This document shows positions 47,423 to 60,871 of a DNA stretch of 64,000 nt, piece after piece. Source of the DNA: Octopus sinensis (taxonomy: Eukaryota); the NCBI RefSeq assembly GCF_006345805.1, contig NC_043006.1, positions 22,258,001 to 22,322,000 of the forward strand, in the 5' to 3' direction. A program made the position numbers and the translations under genes. Each line of letters begins with the position of its first letter. The first letter of the stretch is position 1. The notes under the pieces were generated by a model. The model saw nothing but the letters and a program-made list of their open reading frames with translations. It had not been told where the DNA came from and searched no databases.

Positions 47423-47813
47423 TGGAGGCGCAATGGCCCAGTGGTTAGGGCAGCGGACTCGTGGTCATAGGATCGCGGTTTCGATTCCCAGACCGGGCGT
47501 TGTGAGTATTTATTGAGCGAAAACACCTAAAGCTCCACGAGGCTCCGGCAGGGGATGGTGGTGATCCCTACTGTACTCTTTCACCACAACTTTCTCTCAC
47601 TCTTACTTCCTGTTTCTGTTGTACCTGTATTTCAAAGGGCCGGCCTTGTCACTCTCTGTGTCACGCTGAATATCCCCCCCGAGAACTACGTTAAGGGTGC
47701 ATGTGTCTGCGGAGTGCTCAGCCACTTACATGTTAATTTCACGAGCAGGCTGTTCCGTTGATTCGGATCAACCGGAACCCTCGTCGTCGTAACCGACGGA
47801 GTGCAAGAAGAAG
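47423..47813 (+). mobile_element. OR-like tRNA-Arg SINE, tail type 3, 14-bp TSD
   Basis: actcttgaatctag at 47409-47422 and 47814-47827. Confidence 0.92.
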
Positions 47814-47844
47814 ACTCTTGAATCTAGGCCTTGGTCTTATACTA

Positions 47845-47882
<38 letters not shown>

Positions 47883-48099
47883 GGCACATGCATAAACATT
47901 CTCTCTTCCTAACACATAAACAAACATTCATTCTTGTCCCCTTCTCCCCCCATCCCTTTTTGCCCTTGCTTATTCCATGGTTCTATTGGTCTCTGAGATT
48001 TCGATAATATTTGTAACTTGGAACATTGGGGCATCATTTAAGAATAATTCAATGAAAGGCAAAGTATTTATTGAATTTTGTATGACTAATGTTCAATTA

Positions 48100-48301
48100 C
48101 TATTACTCTTTTACTCTTTTACTTGTTTCAGTCATTTGACTGTGGCCATGCTGGAGCACCGCCTTTAGTCGAGCAAATCGACCCCGGGACTTATTCTTTG
48201 TATTCTATCGGTCTCTTTTGCTGAACCGCTAAGTGACGGGAACGTAAACACATCAGCATCGGTTGTCAAGCAATGCTAGGGGGACAAACACAGACACACA
48301 A

Positions 48302-48336
<35 letters not shown>

Positions 48337-48508
48337 CATATATACGACAGGCTTCTTTCAGTTTCCGTCTACCAAATCCACTCACAAGGCATTGGTCGGC
48401 CCAGGGCTATAGCGGAAGACACTTGCCCAAGATGCCACGCAGTGGGACCGAACCCGGAACCATGTGGCTGGTTAGCAAGCTACATACCACACAGCCACTC
48501 CTGCGCCT
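48100..48508 (-). mobile_element. SINE-B full copy
   Basis: Family consensus. Confidence 0.88.
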
Positions 48509-48865
48509 ACGTGACATATCGAATTATTAACGATGTTTATGTTTTATATTTTATTTTTCTCGCTATTTATTCAGTTATCATCCCCAACTGTATCTCGTTA
48601 GAGAAAATGTGTGCATTTTGATTGGCACAAGTAATCTAAGTGTTATCAGAGCTAATTCGATATGTCACAGTTTTAGCCATGGACTCCAATCACAGTTACA
48701 TAATTATTTATCTAATGCAGCTGATTACCAAAGTTATTAGAGTGTCAGAGGAATATTTCTCCATGGTAATCATTTCTGTTCTCTGCACCCTAAGTTCAAA
48801 TCTAACTGGGGTTAACTTTGCCTTAATGGTTAGGGCATTCTGCTCACAGTCGTAAGGTTGTGAGT

Positions 48866-49055
48866 TTCTTCTTCTTCTTCTTCTTCTTCTTCTTCTTCTT
48901 CTTCTTCTTCTTCTTCTCCTTCTTCTTCTCCTCCTCCTCCTCCTCCTCCTCCTCCCCCTCCTCCTTCTTCTTCTTCTTCTTCTTCTTCTTCTTCTTCTTC
49001 TTCTTTTCTTCTTCTTCTTCTTCTTCTTCTTCTTCTTCTTCTTCTTCTTCTTCTG
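48866..49055. repeat. (CTT)n/(CCT)n microsatellite
   Basis: Read directly from sequence; preceded by a SINE head fragment at ~48825-48865. Confidence 0.95.
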
Positions 49056-49197
49056 TCCACCATCTCCTGATCCTCTCATCTCTTCTGTCTAAGTAGCTAA
49101 GGTGGGCTGAACATATATATATTGATGGTTAAGCTCAGAATGAAGAACACCAAAAGATGAAATTGTTGTTGGAGCCTCTTCTATACAAAATCTTGAT

Positions 49198-49614
49198 TAC
49201 TCTTACTCTCTTTTACTCTATTACTTGTTTCAGTCATTTGACTGTGGTCATGCTGGAGCACCACCTTTAATCGAGCAACTCGACCCCGGGACTTATTCTT
49301 TGTAAGCCCAGTACTTATTCTATCGGATCTCTTTTGCCGAACCGCTAAGTGATGGGGACATAAACACACCAGCATTGGTTGTCAAGCAATGCTAGGGGGA
49401 CAAACACAGACACACAAACATACATGCACACACTCATATATATACATATATACGACGGGCTTCTTTCAGTTTCCGTCTACCAAATCCACTCACAAGGCTT
49501 TGGTCGGCCCAAGGCTATAGTAGAAGACACTTGCCCAAGGTGCCACGCAGTGGGACTGAACCTGGAACCATGCGGTTGGTAAACAAGCTACTTACCACAC
49601 AGCCACTCCTGCGC
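49198..49614 (-). mobile_element. SINE-B full copy
   Basis: Family consensus. Confidence 0.88.
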
Positions 49615-49714
49615 TTGGTCTGATTGGTCAGATTTTTTAAACATTGTAATTTGTCTTTTCTTTTTTACAATCCCTTCCCTATAAGAAACACGGTCGGTCG
49701 TAGACTACTTTATC

Positions 49715-50125
49715 TTTAATCTCTATCTTTTACTTGTTTCGGTCATTAGACTGTGGCCATCCTGGGGTGCTGTCATGAAGAATTTTTTAGTAGAATCACT
49801 CAACACCAATACTCATTTTATTTTGCTTTAAATCCGGTACTTATTCTATTGGTCTCTTTGCTGAACTACTAAGTTATAGGGATGTAAACACACCAACAGC
49901 AGTTGTCAAGCTTGTGGTGGGGGACAAACACAGACACAAAGACACACACACACGCATACATGCATATATATATATATATGACAAGTTATTTCAGTTTCTT
50001 CCTATCAAATCCACTCACAAGGCTTTGGTTGGCCCTAAGCTAATGTAGAAGACACTTGCCCAAGATGCCACACTGTGGGAATGAACCTGGAACCATGTGG
50101 TTGGGAAGCAAGCTTCTTACCAAAA
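49715..50125 (-). mobile_element. Diverged SINE-B
   Basis: Family consensus with more substitutions. Confidence 0.8.
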
Positions 50126-51404
50126 CCATGTTTGTGTCTATGTCTGTGTTCTATAAGAGTGTAAGAAGTGGTTGTTTAAGGGTGATTTGCTGTTGGAAAG
50201 TTGTACTTCTTGAGAGGAGCCCCTTCTTTGGCTGGGATTAGAAAAGCACTTCAATGTAGTGAATATTTGTGCTTTTCATAGGAAGAGAATACATATCAGG
50301 AAAGGTATTTTTCTGGCACTGAGAAGGAAGCCAAGAACAGAAAGTTTTGGCTACATTAAAAAATGTGCAGTCATTATCAGAAGACATGGAGAGATGTTAA
50401 GGTCAAGCATTTATAAAGTGTTTGGTGATTTTAGCAGTATTGTTCATCAGATGTGAAAATGTTGTGAATTGTGGTTATATTTTCATAAAATAGGTAATCT
50501 TTGTATTATAATAGTGTTGAATGAAATTAGGTTGTGAATAACATATGAGCGATGATTGAGTTATTATATTGATAGAGTAAAAGTTCAAGGTAAAATTCAT
50601 GAAAACACTAATGGATAAAAAAGAAACTTCCAATGTAGCAATCAAGCTGATTAGTGGCGAGTGGTCTCTGAAGGCAGGCTGCTCTGTCATATTTCCAAAA
50701 GGCCTATTTTATATATATATATATAAAGGAAAACAAAAAACCATAGGGTAATGAATAACATTTGCTTTTGTCACAGGCCTTGAAAACAAGAGACCATTGT
50801 TGCAGGATGTAAATGAAATGATATGGAGTGGGTTTGGCTTGAAGAGAAGTGATACTAGTGGTCACAAAAAACAAGTTAAGAGATATCTTTTAGGTTTTTT
50901 TTAACCATTTAGAGATGGAGCCTCATTCAGAGTTTAAGTGCCAAGAATATGGAGCCCTTTTCACCAGCCCTACAGAGGGCATGCACTAATTTTTCAAAAA
51001 ACATTATAAGAAATGAAGTAATTACTTTACATATATAAGTAGGTGCGGGCATGGCTGTGTGGTTAGGGAGCTTGCTTCCTAGCTATATGGTTTCGGGTTC
51101 AGTCCCACTGCGTGGCACTTTGGGTAGGTATCTTCCACTATAGCCCCGAGCCGACCGGAGCTTTGTGATTGAATTCGGTAGGTGGAGGTTACTGCCGTGT
51201 GAGTATGTGTGCGTTTAGCTGCTCAGTGCCTCTCCGAAAGAGAGAGAGAGGGAAAAACTATATATATTCAGGTAGGAAATTGAACGAACTAATGCAATCT
51301 TCTTCGTTATTTGGCTTTTTGGCTGATTGATCAGCCCTGTCCCCTCCTAAGGGTTAAACAAAGTAAATGAATTCATGAAATTTTGGATGCTTTACATATT
51401 GGTA

Positions 51405-51783
51405 CTCTCTCTCTCTCTTTACTCTTTTACTTGTTTCAGTCATTTGACTGCGGCCATGCTGGAGCACCACCTTTTAGTACTTATTCTATCGGTCTCTCTT
51501 TGCCGAACCGCTAAGTGACGGGGACCTAAACACACCAGCATCGGTTGTCAAGCAATGCTAGGGGGACAAACACAGACACACAAACACACATATACACACA
51601 TATATATATATACATATATACGACAGGCTTCTTTCAGTTTCCGTCAACCAAATCCACTCACAAGGCATTGGTCGGCCCGGGGCTATAGCAGAAGACACTT
51701 GCCCAAGATGCCACGCAGTGGGACTGAACCCGCAACCGTGTGGTTGGTTAGCAAGCTACTTACCACACAGCCACTCCTGCGCC
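51405..51783 (-). mobile_element. SINE-B
   Basis: Family consensus; head-to-head with 51855-52262. Confidence 0.9.
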
Positions 51784-51854
51784 TGAAAACAGAAGTAAAC
51801 AAAAGGCCTTAATTTAGATCACTTTAAAACTGAAAGTTTGTAATATAGAACCAG

Positions 51855-52262
51855 GGGTGGCTGTGTGGTAAGTAGCTTGCTTACCAACCACATGGTTCCG
51901 GGTTCAGTTCCACTGCGTGGCACCTTGGGCAAGTGTCTTCTGCTATAGCCCCGGGCCGACCCAAGCCTTGTGAGTGGATTAGGTAGACGGAAACTGAAAG
52001 AAGCCCGTCGTATATATGTATATATATATGTGTGCGTGTATGTTTGTGTGTCTGTGTTTGTCCCCCCTAGCATTGCTTGACAACTGATGCTGGTGTGTTT
52101 ACGTCCCCGTCACTTAGCGGTTCGGCAAAACAGACCGATAGAATAAGTACTGGGCTTACAAAGAATAAGTCCCGGGGTCGAGTTGCTCGATTAAAAGGCG
52201 GTGCTCCAGCATGGCCGCAGTCAAATGACTGAGACAAGTAAAAGAGTAAAAAGAGTAAAAGA
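51855..52262 (+). mobile_element. SINE-B
   Basis: Family consensus. Confidence 0.9.
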
Positions 52263-52663
52263 GGGGTGGTCTCAAGTAAGCTGATATCAAAAGGGTTAGA
52301 CCATGTATTCATTGCTCATCAGGCAATTGTGCTACAATTAAGTACAACTTCTCAGCACTTGTTAGCGTCTATAGCTTAGAATATACCATGCTTTTGCTAA
52401 TTGTTTTAGAGGCCTATAAAGTTACAAGCTGACATAGGCATCCTCCTGTAACCTCTCACCCTTGTTCTTGCAGAGCATCCAGGAAGTGACTGCTGAAAGG
52501 AGAGAAGACTGCATCAGCACTAGGCTGGTACCCATTTACAGTTAAGTAGACTGGGCCAGTATGAAATGAAATGCCCTTGCTCAAAGATATAATGCACTGT
52601 CGAGTTTAAGAATTGATCCCACAAATTTAAGATCATGAGCTGGACACCATGACTACTAGGTAT

Positions 52664-52883
52664 TACTCTTTTACTCTTTTACTCTTTTACTTGTTTCAGT
52701 CATTTTGACTGCGGCCATGCTGGAGCACCGCCTTTAGTCGAACAAATCGACCTCGGGACTTATTCTTTGTAAGCCCAGTACTTATTCTATCGGTCTCTTT
52801 TGCCAAACCGCTAAGAGACGGGGACGTAAACACACCAGCATCGGTTGTCAAGCAATGCTAGGGGGACAAACACAGACACACAA

Positions 52884-52928
<45 letters not shown>

Positions 52929-53093
52929 CGACAGGCTTCTTTCAGTTTCCGTCTACCAAATCCACTCACAAGGCATTGGTCGGCCCGGGGCTATAGCAGA
53001 AGACACTTGCCCAAGGTGCCACGCAGTGGGACTGAACCCGGAACCATGTGGTTGGTTAGCAAGCTAACTTACCACACAGCCACTCCTGCGCCT
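52664..53093 (-). mobile_element. SINE-B
   Basis: Family consensus. Confidence 0.9.
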
Positions 53094-53586
53094 ATGTACC
53101 CTCAAGTTTCATAATTACACCCCAGAGTATGGTTGTTTGACATTCAATCACATTAGTGGACCTGCATCTCTTTTCTGTCTCAAATTCATGTTTATAATGT
53201 TTGATACCTTTATATTGAAATTATCAAGGTAGGCATAGCTGGGTGGTTAAGAAGTCTGCTTCTCAACAATGTGGTTTTGAGTTCAGTTTCACTGTGAAGT
53301 ACCTTGAACAAATGTCATCTACTATACTATTATAACCCCAGGCTCAATAAAAGCCTTGTGAATGGATTTGGTGGATGGAAACTGAAAAAGAGTTCATTGT
53401 ACACACACACAAACACACACACACACACACACACACAGAGTAAAATAAGATTCAGGTAAAAACCTTGTAGTATACTTTGCAAAGCTTGTCCACAGTTATT
53501 GTCTTCCTGACGTCATCATACAGTCGAAACTCTAGCTGCTAGGTGTACATCAGAAATACTATACAACTAGTAGAGTTTATATAAAT

Positions 53587-53999
53587 AGACGCAGGAGTGG
53601 CTGTGTGGTAAGTAGCTTGTTTACCAACCACATGGTTCCGGGTTCAGTCCCACTGTGTGGCATCTTGGGCAAGTGTCTTCTACTATAGCCTTGGGCTGAC
53701 CAAAGCCTTTTGAGTGGATTTGGTAGATGGAAACTGAAAGAAGCCCATTGTATATATGTATATATATATGTGTGTGTGCATGTATGTTTGTGTGTCTGTG
53801 TTTGTTTCCCTAGCATTGCTTGACAACCGATGCTGGTGTGTTTATGTCCCCGTTACTTAGCGGTTCGGCAAAAGAGACCAATAGAATAAGTCCTGGGCTT
53901 ACAAAAGAATAAGTCCCGGGGTCGAGTTGCTCGAATAAAAAGGCGGTGCTCCGGCATGGCTGCAGTCAAATGACTGAAACAAGTAAAAGTAAAAGAGTA
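53587..53999 (+). mobile_element. SINE-B
   Basis: Family consensus; a diverged 5' half also lies at ~53237-53400. Confidence 0.9.
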
Positions 54000-55894
54000 G
54001 ATATATGATAGAAATTGGAATGAACAACATTTTATATTTAAAATCACTACAATTGTTTCGACACATTGTTATTCTCATAGAACATTGGTGAGAAGTTATG
54101 TAATAATCATCAACCATTCATGGTGTAAAATGCACCTCCTCAGGTGATTGTTTAAATAAGTCCTTCATTAGATCCTACTGTCATTTCACTCAGTGTAAGA
54201 ATATTTTCACGCTGAAATGTCTATGTTGGATGAATATCTGCTGCAAATGAGTCAATGTAAATGCTATGTCAAAGGACAATGAGGATACTTATCCAGCAGA
54301 ACACATGTCAGACAGGAATTTAATGAGAATAATACTGTAATGAATAATTTGTAAAGATGTGTAAGTAATTCTCCATTCTTCTTTCTGATATATATACAGG
54401 CTTGCTGGTCACTTTTTTTCTATCTTCTAAAGGGTTTTTAACAAATTTTCTAAGCTGTCTTCACAGCCATCCTACATTCAAGAATTCCTTTATTTTCTGT
54501 AGAATATTGACTCACTTCGTGGTTCTAAGTTTGATTACAAAATGTTCTCACATTCCAAAAGTTATCATTTAGCATTATAAAAGATGGTATTTGTTGTCAG
54601 GAGTCTCTTAGTCTAATAATACAGGGCACTCAGCCAGAATTTGAGAGGTACAAGATTCGTTTCTCTGTAGAGGCATGCTGGCCACTTCTTTCCATCATCT
54701 AAAGGGTAATTACCTGGTTTTCTAAGCCATCTTCACAGCCATCCTGCATTTGAGAATTCCTTTATTTTCTGTAGAATGTGTGTGTGTGTGTGCAGTCTGT
54801 GTGTTTGTTTACATTTATGTTCATTTCTATGAAAGTCGTGATCCATGTTCATTTTGTTGTCGCTTTTTCTGTCAACAAATTATCCACTCAGCTTGCTTTG
54901 TGGCTTCAAAGTTATATGGAATAAAGATTCCTTGCTTGAAAAATTCATAAAGAGACTAAGGCCCAAGAAGTACATCAAGCTGGAAAACAAACTTTCTTCA
55001 TAAAATATTCATCTAACTCATGCTAGCATGGAAAAACAGGAATGAAAAATGAACAAACTAAATTATTTTATCAACTCTGCAGAGAAAAAAGGTAAAATTA
55101 ACTGTGACAAGATTTAATCTCAGAACAATGATATTCTGTGTAAAACTAGATTATCTGAGCATCTAGTTTGAGAGTGAATACCTCAGACATTCTCATCATC
55201 TCCATTTCAGAAAGCCGATTCAATTTCTTTAGCTGTCTATCAAGCTATCTTTCATGCCATTCTGACTATGATATCAGTCATTATATATATCTACTCATAA
55301 ACTGTTGCTGAAGGAATGGTAAATCTAAGAATATTGTAATTAAGAACCGTAATTAGTGGAATTTTACGGTGCACTAGTAAGTCTTACTCAGAGAAAATTG
55401 AAATAGAATCAAATCAGAACCAGTTGGTAATAAACTTTATTACTAACAGGAAATATTACCTCTCAACATCTACTAAATTTTTCCAAAATATCACTAAGCA
55501 TTATAATTTGTCATAAAACCTCAGCTGAAATCATGTTTGTCGTTGCTAGCCCCAGGTTGGTACTAACTGAGAAGATCTGTGATTGAAGCAATTTCAGCAC
55601 TGATCATTCTACTTTTGGTATATCTAAGAATGCACAATCCAACGTGACCTTCTCACTTTCAAGATGGTAAGAGTGGGAGCAAATTGTGAGACAGGTTTGG
55701 TGTTAATGCTAACAGGCCAAGCAACCACATCAAGGATATGTCTTTATTGCTATTGCTGTTGTTGTAGTTATTGTTAGTGTAGTGACAGCTATTATCATTG
55801 CAGTGGTTGTTGTAATAAATGTAATTAATTATAGTTTAAATGTTATAGAAAAGATGAAACTTTCTGCTGAGCGGCATCTTCTGTCTAGTTACAT

Positions 55895-56153
55895 ATTCTT
55901 TTATTCTTTTATTCATTTATTCTTTTATTCTTTTATTCTTTTATTCTTTTACTTATTTCAGTCATTTGACTGTGGCCATGCTGGAACACTACCTTCAAGA
56001 GTTTTAGTCAAACAAATCAACTCCAGGACTCATTTGTTGTAAGCCTAGTATTTATTCTTATCAATCTCTTTTACCAAGCCACTAAGCTACAAGAACACAA
56101 TCACACCAACATCGGTTGTCAAGCAATGGTGGGGAGTGGGGGACGAACACTCA

Positions 56154-56197
<44 letters not shown>

Positions 56198-56378
56198 TAT
56201 AAATATATATTTACAATGAACTTCTTTCAGGTTCCGTCTACAGATCATCCACTCAGAAGGCTGTGGTCAGCCCAAGGATACAGTAGAAGACACTTGCCCA
56301 AGGGTGTGATGCAGTGGAACTGAACCCAGAACCATGTGGTTAGGAAACAAGCCTCTTACCACACAGCCACGCCTATGC
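55895..56378 (-). mobile_element. Diverged SINE-B
   Basis: (TTTTATTC)n tail and family body. Confidence 0.8.
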
Positions 56379-56629
56379 CTGCAGACATAGTTATTTCGCT
56401 ATACTCACCTTGCTAATATCTCTGACAAAAGGATTCATATCACAATATCTCAGTTTCTATTCCCTTGTAAGCTTTGAAGCGTTTCCCACAAATCTCTTAT
56501 TCCAAGTGTTATTGAAATTGCTGAACCAGTGGAGAATTTGTTGAAGGGGAAAAAACAACAAACTCACTGGTTGTAGTCCAGTGATTTTTTGTTTTGGATA
56601 AGCGCAAACGTAAGCAAGCACACAGACAA

Positions 56630-56741
56630 TGACATACATACATACATACATACATACATACATACATACATACATAATACATACATACATACACACATAC
56701 ATACATACACATACATACATACACATACATACATACATACA

Positions 56742-56786
<45 letters not shown>

Positions 56787-56830
56787 CATACATACATACA
56801 TACATACATACATACATGCATGCATGCATG
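56630..56830. repeat. (CATA)n microsatellite
   Basis: Read directly from sequence. Confidence 0.95.
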
Positions 56831-57072
56831 TGTGTGTGTATATGAGTGTGCATGTTTGTATGAATATTTGTATATCATCATTGTCCTTATTCATCATTAT
56901 TGTTTTCAAATCTACTTATAATATCTACTGTTTCTGCCTACCATGTACACTCACAAAGCTTAAGTCAGACCTGGGGCTACAGCAGAAGGAACTGAACCTG
57001 GAACCATTTGGTTGGGAAGTGTTCTACTCAACCACATAGCCATGGTTTCTCTATACACCCCCCCCCACAAAC

Positions 57073-57109
<37 letters not shown>

Positions 57110-57113
57110 CATA

Positions 57114-57143
<30 letters not shown>

Positions 57144-57144
<1 letters not shown>

Positions 57145-57457
57145 TACGGAGATGTACTTGCATAGCAAGTGATTTGATTTGAGATTGTGTGCTGAAACGA
57201 AAACAATTGCAGTGTGGAAGGTGTTTGTAAGCCATTTAAGAAACACACAAAAGCCGTTCGATTCACTTCAACTTTTAAGTTTAATTTGGCAAAATATTTT
57301 TGTCGCTTTAAGACCGCAACCTGTTCACTGACAAAAGTCCGTGCTCAGCACGGATTTTTGTCAGTGAACAGGTTGCGGTCTTAAATGTTGAAGTGAATCA
57401 AACGGCTTTTGTGTGTTTCTTAAATGGCTTACAAACACCTTCTACACTGCAATTGTT
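57144..57457. mobile_element. (TA)n-embedded foldback/MITE-like element with a long palindrome (57202-57457)
   Basis: Arms meet at gtgct-c-agcac (centre 57346). Confidence 0.8.
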
Positions 57458-57795
57458 ACATATATATATATATATATTCAGTGAGAAGCACAGCAACAAT
57501 CACAAATTCAAGAAGCTTCTCTTGTATAACGTCAAAGAAATGCTAACGTCAGCTAAAAACACATTAACACATAATTTAGAAGACGAGGTCTGGTTGACAT
57601 AGAAAGCACGAAGCTACACTAAACTTGAAATATAATTATCCAAAACACAAAGGACATGAGAAGCTCATTAGAAATTATGAGAGCAAGAGAATTTAATATA
57701 TCAAACTTATTTTCAATTCTTCTGTTGTATCTTTAATCAATCACTTCAGAAATAAAGCTGCTACCCTTACTGATCAACACATAGACATGCGGACA

Positions 57796-57827
<32 letters not shown>

Positions 57828-57972
57828 TGCATGCACACACACACACACAAGACATGCACACAGAATGACAGACTTGCACATGTATACAAAGGCAGGCATG
57901 TACATATATACAGTATAAGCTTTAACATACGACTGTATTACCTTCTATAGACATTATGTATAGTCTATAGAC

Positions 57973-58182
57973 CAGGGGTTGGCAAACCAGGGTAAATTAT
58001 CCTATGAGGGGTAAAAATGAAATTCTTGTGGGTAATGAGGATTCATTAGACATAAATAGAATTATATAAAAAAACTTGTTTCTTATTATCTATGATTTTC
58101 TTCCATTCAAATCAAGTGGGGTAACGTTGGTGTAAATAAATATATTTTGGGGTAATTGGCTAAAAAATCTCCCTAACCCCTG
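57973..58182. mobile_element. hAT-type MITE (210 bp)
   Basis: TIR caggggtt / aacccctg; 8-bp TSD ctatagac at 57965-57972 and 58183-58190. Confidence 0.85.
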
Positions 58183-58314
58183 CTATAGACATGTCTATTT
58201 CTTAGCATTAAAGTTCACCTGTGATGCTGTGTAACAGGATTCCTAACCTCAGGTGGGGAGTGAGTGCAACTTCACTCCAGGGGAAGCTTAAAAATGTTTC
58301 ATTAGATGAAACAT

Positions 58315-58600
58315 TATCATCATCGTCATCATTCTTTACTGGCCATTTTCCATGCTGGCATGGGTTGAACAGTTTGAGTGAAGCTAGCAAGCCAGAGAGC
58401 TGCACCAGGTTCCAGTCTGATTTGGCTTGGTTTCTGCAGCTGGATGCCCTTCTTAATGCCAACCACTTTATAGTGTGTGCCGGGTGCTTTTAATGTGCCA
58501 CTAGCACAAGTGATTTCTCCGTGGCACTGACACGACTGCTTTCTATGTGGGACTGACACAAGTGCCTCTTACATGGCACCAGCACAGGACTCTTGCTGGC
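58315..58600 (-). mobile_element. Diverged RTE-tail element
   Basis: ttccatgctggcatgggttgaac...cagctggatgcccttcttaatgccaaccac. Confidence 0.75.
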
Positions 58601-59206
58601 CAATTCTCTTTACCAGGGATAAGGGTAAAATAAATACTTTATCAAAATTGCTTTAGAGAATAAAATTATCAACTAACTCTTAAAAAATATAGTAGAATAG
58701 ACTTACCCAAGGTGCCACGCAGCAGGACTGAACTAAAGATCACATAGTTAGGAAGCAAGCTTCTTACCCACTCAGCTGCATGTACACTTATTTCTGCGGT
58801 TGTGATGATGCATTATTAGTATGGTATTTTTATATGTTAGTCTATGTACTGTACTGTGTGTGAAATCAAGGAATAATGGGTTCAATTTTTTTTCTTCCAT
58901 GGCAGACTGAAGCGATGAAAGAAATCAATCACTTTAATAGAATCAGTTAAACAATATTTGATCTGCCAGCTGTTTAAGTTACATCCACGGTCACAATCAC
59001 AGACTAGGCTGGAGTTGGTGACTAAAAAATTGAGATTTATAAGTGAAATTTTATATTTAGTGGACAGTGTCAAATATTACTCCTGGCACTGCACAATTTA
59101 CATCACCCAATCCTTCATTCTCAGAACTTTGGTCCACTGGAATTCCCACCTTCCTTGTGTTCTTCCAGCAGATGTTGGCTAACAAAGATTCAAGAAAAAC
59201 ATTAGG

Positions 59207-59432
59207 CGGCAAGCTGGCAGAAATGTTAGCACGCTGGGCGAAATGCTTACCAGTATTTCGTCTGCCATTATGTTCTGAGTTCAAATTCCGCCAAGGTCGA
59301 CTTTGCCTTTCATTCTTTCAGGGGCAATAAATTAAGTACCAATTACGCACTGGGGTTGATGTAATCGACTTAATCCCTTTGTCTGTCCTTGTTTGTCCCC
59401 TCTATGTTTGACCCCTTGCGGGCGATAAAGAA
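59207..59432 (+). mobile_element. SINE-A monomer
   Basis: ggcggcaagctggcagaaatg...gataaagaaat; aagaaa(aa)cattagg flanks. Confidence 0.88.
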
Positions 59433-60294
59433 ATAAGAAACATTAGGGAAATTAATCTCACTCATCTAGGAAGACCTGCTATGGCACTGCCCCTTCTTCC
59501 AGACCCAGCAAGGGGGTTAAAAAAAAAGAAAACAGAGAAAATAATATAGCTGTATGTTTAAGAAGTTTGCTTTTTCAACTCCATCAAGCATCCCACTGTA
59601 TAACCCCTTCTACGATAGCTTCAGTTTGACGAAATCCATGTTCATGAAATTTTGTAGATGGATATGGTATAGAGGATAGCTTAAGGGACCATTCCTCTCC
59701 TTAGATCAGTCATGGGCAAACTGTTGCCTGCAGGACTTTCTGAATGGTAAGCCTAATGCAAAATTACCGTGAATTTTTTCAAGTAGTATGGCCTACCTGA
59801 TGAGGAGCCCCGTTTCATGCATCCCAATTCTCTGAAATAACTTCCCATACCTCCCTTATATGGTAGACTGAATACATCATTTGGTTTAACACAATGACCT
59901 GGCCAGTGTGTGCCTTTAGTAGAGTCTGTTACAATGTTTAGGCCAGGTCTTCACATTGAGAATAACTTCAAATCTTCTTGCTTTCACTTTCTGAGATTCA
60001 AAAACGAATCATGGATGCTGCTTTGCTTCCTCTGCATGAATCATTTCATGCTTCCTCTGTATGAATCATTTCAGAAGGACCATGATTGCATGGTCATTTT
60101 CTGACATATTTCACAGCAGCTCTACTAGGCATTGGTGACAACAGAAAACTGCTCTATTCAATTACCCTGAAATAGCTGAACACATTTAAGCATGCACATA
60201 TATACTCATATGTAAAAACTGACATAAATATGGGGAAAGGTTTTTAAAAATTCTAGAAGTTCTATAATTCATCCCTCATGATCTAGTGAAGATA

Positions 60295-60470
60295 CTTGGC
60301 CTTGTGGTTAGTGGGTTGCATTCATGACCGCAAGATTGTAGTTTCAGTTCTCGGACTGGGCAATGCACCATGTTCTTGAGAAAAACAGTTCATTTCACAT
60401 TGCCTCAGTCTGCTCAGCTGTAAATGAGTAACTCTGTGATGGACTAGCATTTCCTTTAAGGGTAATGTTG
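60295..60470 (+). mobile_element. Old CORE-like SINE
   Basis: gtggttagtggg...cacattgcctcagtctgctcagctgtaaatgagta. Confidence 0.65.
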
Positions 60471-60871
60471 TGATCTCAGTCACATATATGCCAAAGAAAC
60501 TGGGTAACCAACCCTATGAGTCTTAAGACTTGAGGCAGTAATGTTCATGTTCTTAACATTCATTGTATCCTGTCCTTAAGATAAGGTTATTCTACTCACA
60601 TTTGATCTCATGATATAGGATTTTCCTTTAATGTTGTTTTTATATCTTCTTATCCAGGAGACAAAGCAGCGCCCATGACTCTTCACAGTGCCTCTAAATC
60701 AGGAAGGATGGTAGGAAGAAGGTATCTTCAAAGTGAAGATCCAACCCAAATACTTACAACAGAATGGATTCTGATGAGAGACAGGCACCTGTTTCTGTCT
60801 CCATGTCTCACTATAACCTTTCATCATCTGACACAAGATCACCTCCTCCAATTCTCCCCTCCTCTCTCATA

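Noticed and set aside
53505-53555. ctgacgt...cgaaac as a hammerhead
   Set aside because: Core A9 is missing and there is no stem I partner or UH triplet.
60771-60810. ctgatga followed by a perfect gagacag/ctgtctc stem
   Set aside because: No GAAA after the stem (catg instead), so the catalytic core is incomplete.
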